Of a stretch of DNA of 64,000 nucleotides, positions 61,553-64,000 are shown piece after piece. Origin of the DNA: Octopus sinensis (lineage: Eukaryota); contig NC_043016.1 of the NCBI RefSeq assembly GCF_006345805.1, positions 22,258,001 to 22,322,000 of the forward strand. Reading direction: 5' to 3'. Each line of letters starts with the position of its first letter. Position 1 is the stretch's first letter. A program made the position numbers and the translations under genes. The notes under the pieces were generated by a model. That model was not told where the DNA came from. It saw only the letters and a list, made by a program, of their open reading frames with translations, and ran no database searches.

Positions 61553-61597
61553 TCTCCGATGAATAGATATATAAAATATCCTGAAACAGCTGTAAGA
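61553..61597 (+). ncRNA. Hammerhead-like motif with CCGAUGA core
   Basis: ucu-CCGAUGA-a(ua)gaua uauaaaa uauc(c)u-GAAAC-agcu-GUA^aga; decayed homolog (CCAAUGA) on minus at about 58770-58818. Confidence 0.55.
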
Positions 61598-62104
61598 CCT
61601 TCTATTTATAAATGTTCTGAAATTTTTAACACCCTAGGATTTTTATCTCATTCTGTTAATTTTTTTACATATACACATGCTGACCTACGTTGGACTCATC
61701 ATTCGCATAATCACCGAACCTGGAGCTTAACCATAGCCTGTCCATAGCACTTACTCAGCATTACCTGACACCTTTGGGTCTTCTTGACACCATCACCTCT
61801 CATAACCTATATATATATATATGTGTGTGTGTGTATATACATACATATTCATATATACATACATAGACATACACATATATACCTATCCACACACACATGT
61901 GTATGTATGCATATATTTAAACATGTAGAAGCATTAACCCCGACATGTTCCTTCTCTTTCTATTTTTTCTATTATCCCTTCACCCATTTCTGTTGAAGAG
62001 TATAGACTTTTCCAATTTTCCCCGAGTGTCAAACTAATACACCTGCTTTTTCTCTCACATGTCTCTATCTTTTGTTTTCTGCACAATTAAACCATATAAA
62101 TATA

Positions 62105-63080
62105 TATCATCATCATCATCATTGTTTAATATCCGCTTTCCATGCTGCCATGGATTGGATGGTTTGACTGGGGGCTGGCAAGCCAGAAGGCCGCACCAGG
62201 CTCCAATCTGATCTGGCAAAGTTTCTACAGCTGGAAGCCCTTCCTAATGCCAACCACTCCAAGAGTGTAGTGGATGCTTTTTACGTGCCATTGGCATGAA
62301 GGCTAGTCATGTGGTACTGGCATTGACCAGGCTTGAATGGTGCTTTTTATGTGCCATTGGATTGGGAGGCAGTCAGGCAGCACTGGCAATGACCATGCTC
62401 AAACGGTGCTTTTTGCGTGCCACTGGCATGGAATCAGTCAGCTGGCACTGGCATCAACCATGCTCAAATGGTGCTTTTTACGTGCCACCAGCACAGGTGC
62501 AAATCAGGTGGTACTGTCATCAGCCACGACAACTTCACTTGCCTCAACATGTCTTCACAAGCGCAGTTTATTGCCCAATGATTAAAGGGTAATCTTAAAT
62601 GGGCTGGTTATAGTACACTGGCATAGGCCATGGTTATGGTCTCACTTGGCTTGCCGGATCTTCTCAAGTACAACATATCTCCAAAGGTCTTGGTCACTTG
62701 TCATCGCCTTAGTGAGGCCCAATATTCGAAGGTCGTGCTTCACCACCTAATCCTAGGTCTTCCTAGGTCTACCTCTCCCACAGATTCCCTCTACCGCTAG
62801 AGACACACAGCTGTCCTCATCCGTACACAACACATGACCATACCAGCACAGTCGTCTCTTTTGCACATCACATCTGATGCTTCCTATGTCCAACTTTTCT
62901 CTCAGGGTATTTACACTCTGTCATGTATGCAGACTGACATTACACATCCAGAGGAGCATACTAGATTCATTCTTTGCAAGCTTACACATATCCTCAGCAG
63001 TCATGGCCCATGTTTCACTACCATGTAGCATGGCTGTTTGCACACACGCATCATACAGTTTACCTTTTACTCTGATTACA
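62105..63080 (-). mobile_element. RTE LINE 3' fragment
   Basis: Reverse complement of 54930-56002-type sequence with (GAT)n tail. Confidence 0.88.
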
Positions 63081-63085
63081 GCACT

Positions 63086-63607
63086 GCCATTTAGCCCTAG
63101 GAAACATCGACATCTGTTGGCTTTGACACATTTTCTGTGGGCTAAATGGCGGTGGTGTAATTACCTCATGGGACTGTCACATTGAGTTGACAGTATACAA
63201 TCACTATATCGCTTCCCCACCGCTTATGTCTGTCTGAGACATTTAGAAATTCAATATTTCTAATTTCGGTGATCAGTAAATAAATTTTACTGATAATATG
63301 ATTTATTTGCAGAGAGGTTGCTGTCATCTCAGCGAGCGAGGCAGGCTACCCTGAACTGACGATGAGCAATACACTCAGAAACATATGTCTTCAAGTGCCT
63401 TGTCCCGGCTTGCGGGGGTGATTGCCTCCCCTTTGCAAATATAAGGACACAGAAAATGTGTCAAAGCCGACAGGAGACGTCGATGTTTCCTAGGGCTAAA
63501 TGGCGGTGGTGTAATTCCCTCATGGGACTGTCACATTGAGTTGACAGTATACGACCACTATATCGCTTCACCACCGCTTATGTCTCTCTGAGACATTTAG
63601 AAATTCA
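63086..63607 (+). mobile_element. Small non-coding hammerhead element, 354-bp unit with 115-bp terminal redundancy and 5' inversion
   Basis: Direct repeats 63139-63253 and 63493-63607; 63086-63138 is an inverted copy of about 63448-63504. Confidence 0.8.
63352..63393 (+). ncRNA. Minimal type I hammerhead ribozyme, canonical core
   Basis: ugaa-CUGACGA-ugag caauaca cuca-GAAAC-auau-GUC^uuca; predicted cut after 63389. Confidence 0.88.
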
Positions 63608-63763
63608 TATTTCTTATATATATATATATTATTTAAAAGATACAATACATGTCTTTAAGTGGTACTAATAGTTTCATATTTTGAGATTACTTTTCGTTGA
63701 ATTTTCTATCATGGAACAGTACATTTAATATATATATATATACATACATACATATATATATAT

Positions 63764-63796
<33 letters not shown>

Positions 63797-63820
63797 CACA
63801 AACATATATATATATATTTA

Positions 63821-63865
<45 letters not shown>

Positions 63866-64000
63866 TATATTATATATATATATATTCTTGTATTTCGAAT
63901 GGTCATTTTGCCAGTTCAGCCAATAAAAACACATGCACTATATATTTGGTGTTATTTTGCTTCAGTGTTATTTATTTTTACATTAAACTTAATCTTATTT

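Noticed and set aside
4740-63906. Dozens of ORFs rich in HT, YI, CV, MYVC repeats in the ORF track
   Set aside because: They are translations of (CA)n, (TA)n and (ATGT)n microsatellites, not genes

Overview
AT-rich, microsatellite-dense, repeat-dominated eukaryotic DNA with no prokaryotic features, tRNA/rRNA genes or CRISPR arrays. The SINE and RTE-LINE families and the repeat style suggest an octopus (cephalopod) genome; this is inference. The window is mostly transposon debris: RTE LINEs (one with a ~490-codon EN-tail/RT frame at 52981-54440), tRNA-headed SINEs, mariner/Tc1, MULE, hAT-type MITEs, Helitrons, an RLE-type LINE and many Penelope-like element (PLE) remnants with GIY-YIG domains. 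The main signal missed by the ORF track is about a dozen type I hammerhead ribozyme motifs from several unrelated families. They mostly sit in inverted (palindromic) or tandem pseudo-LTR structures beside (TA)n tracts. Most have a palindromic stem III, several have long stem II extensions, and three families carry a CCGAYGA (U4C) core. Other notable structures: a composite Helitron (36508-38306) whose empty site can be rebuilt exactly, a fold-back MITE dimer with its own 8-bp TSD (27791-28622), and two tentative spliced gene fragments (22598-22822 minus; 49785-52839 plus) that I cannot name. All calls were made by eye; boundaries of degenerate repeats are approximate.
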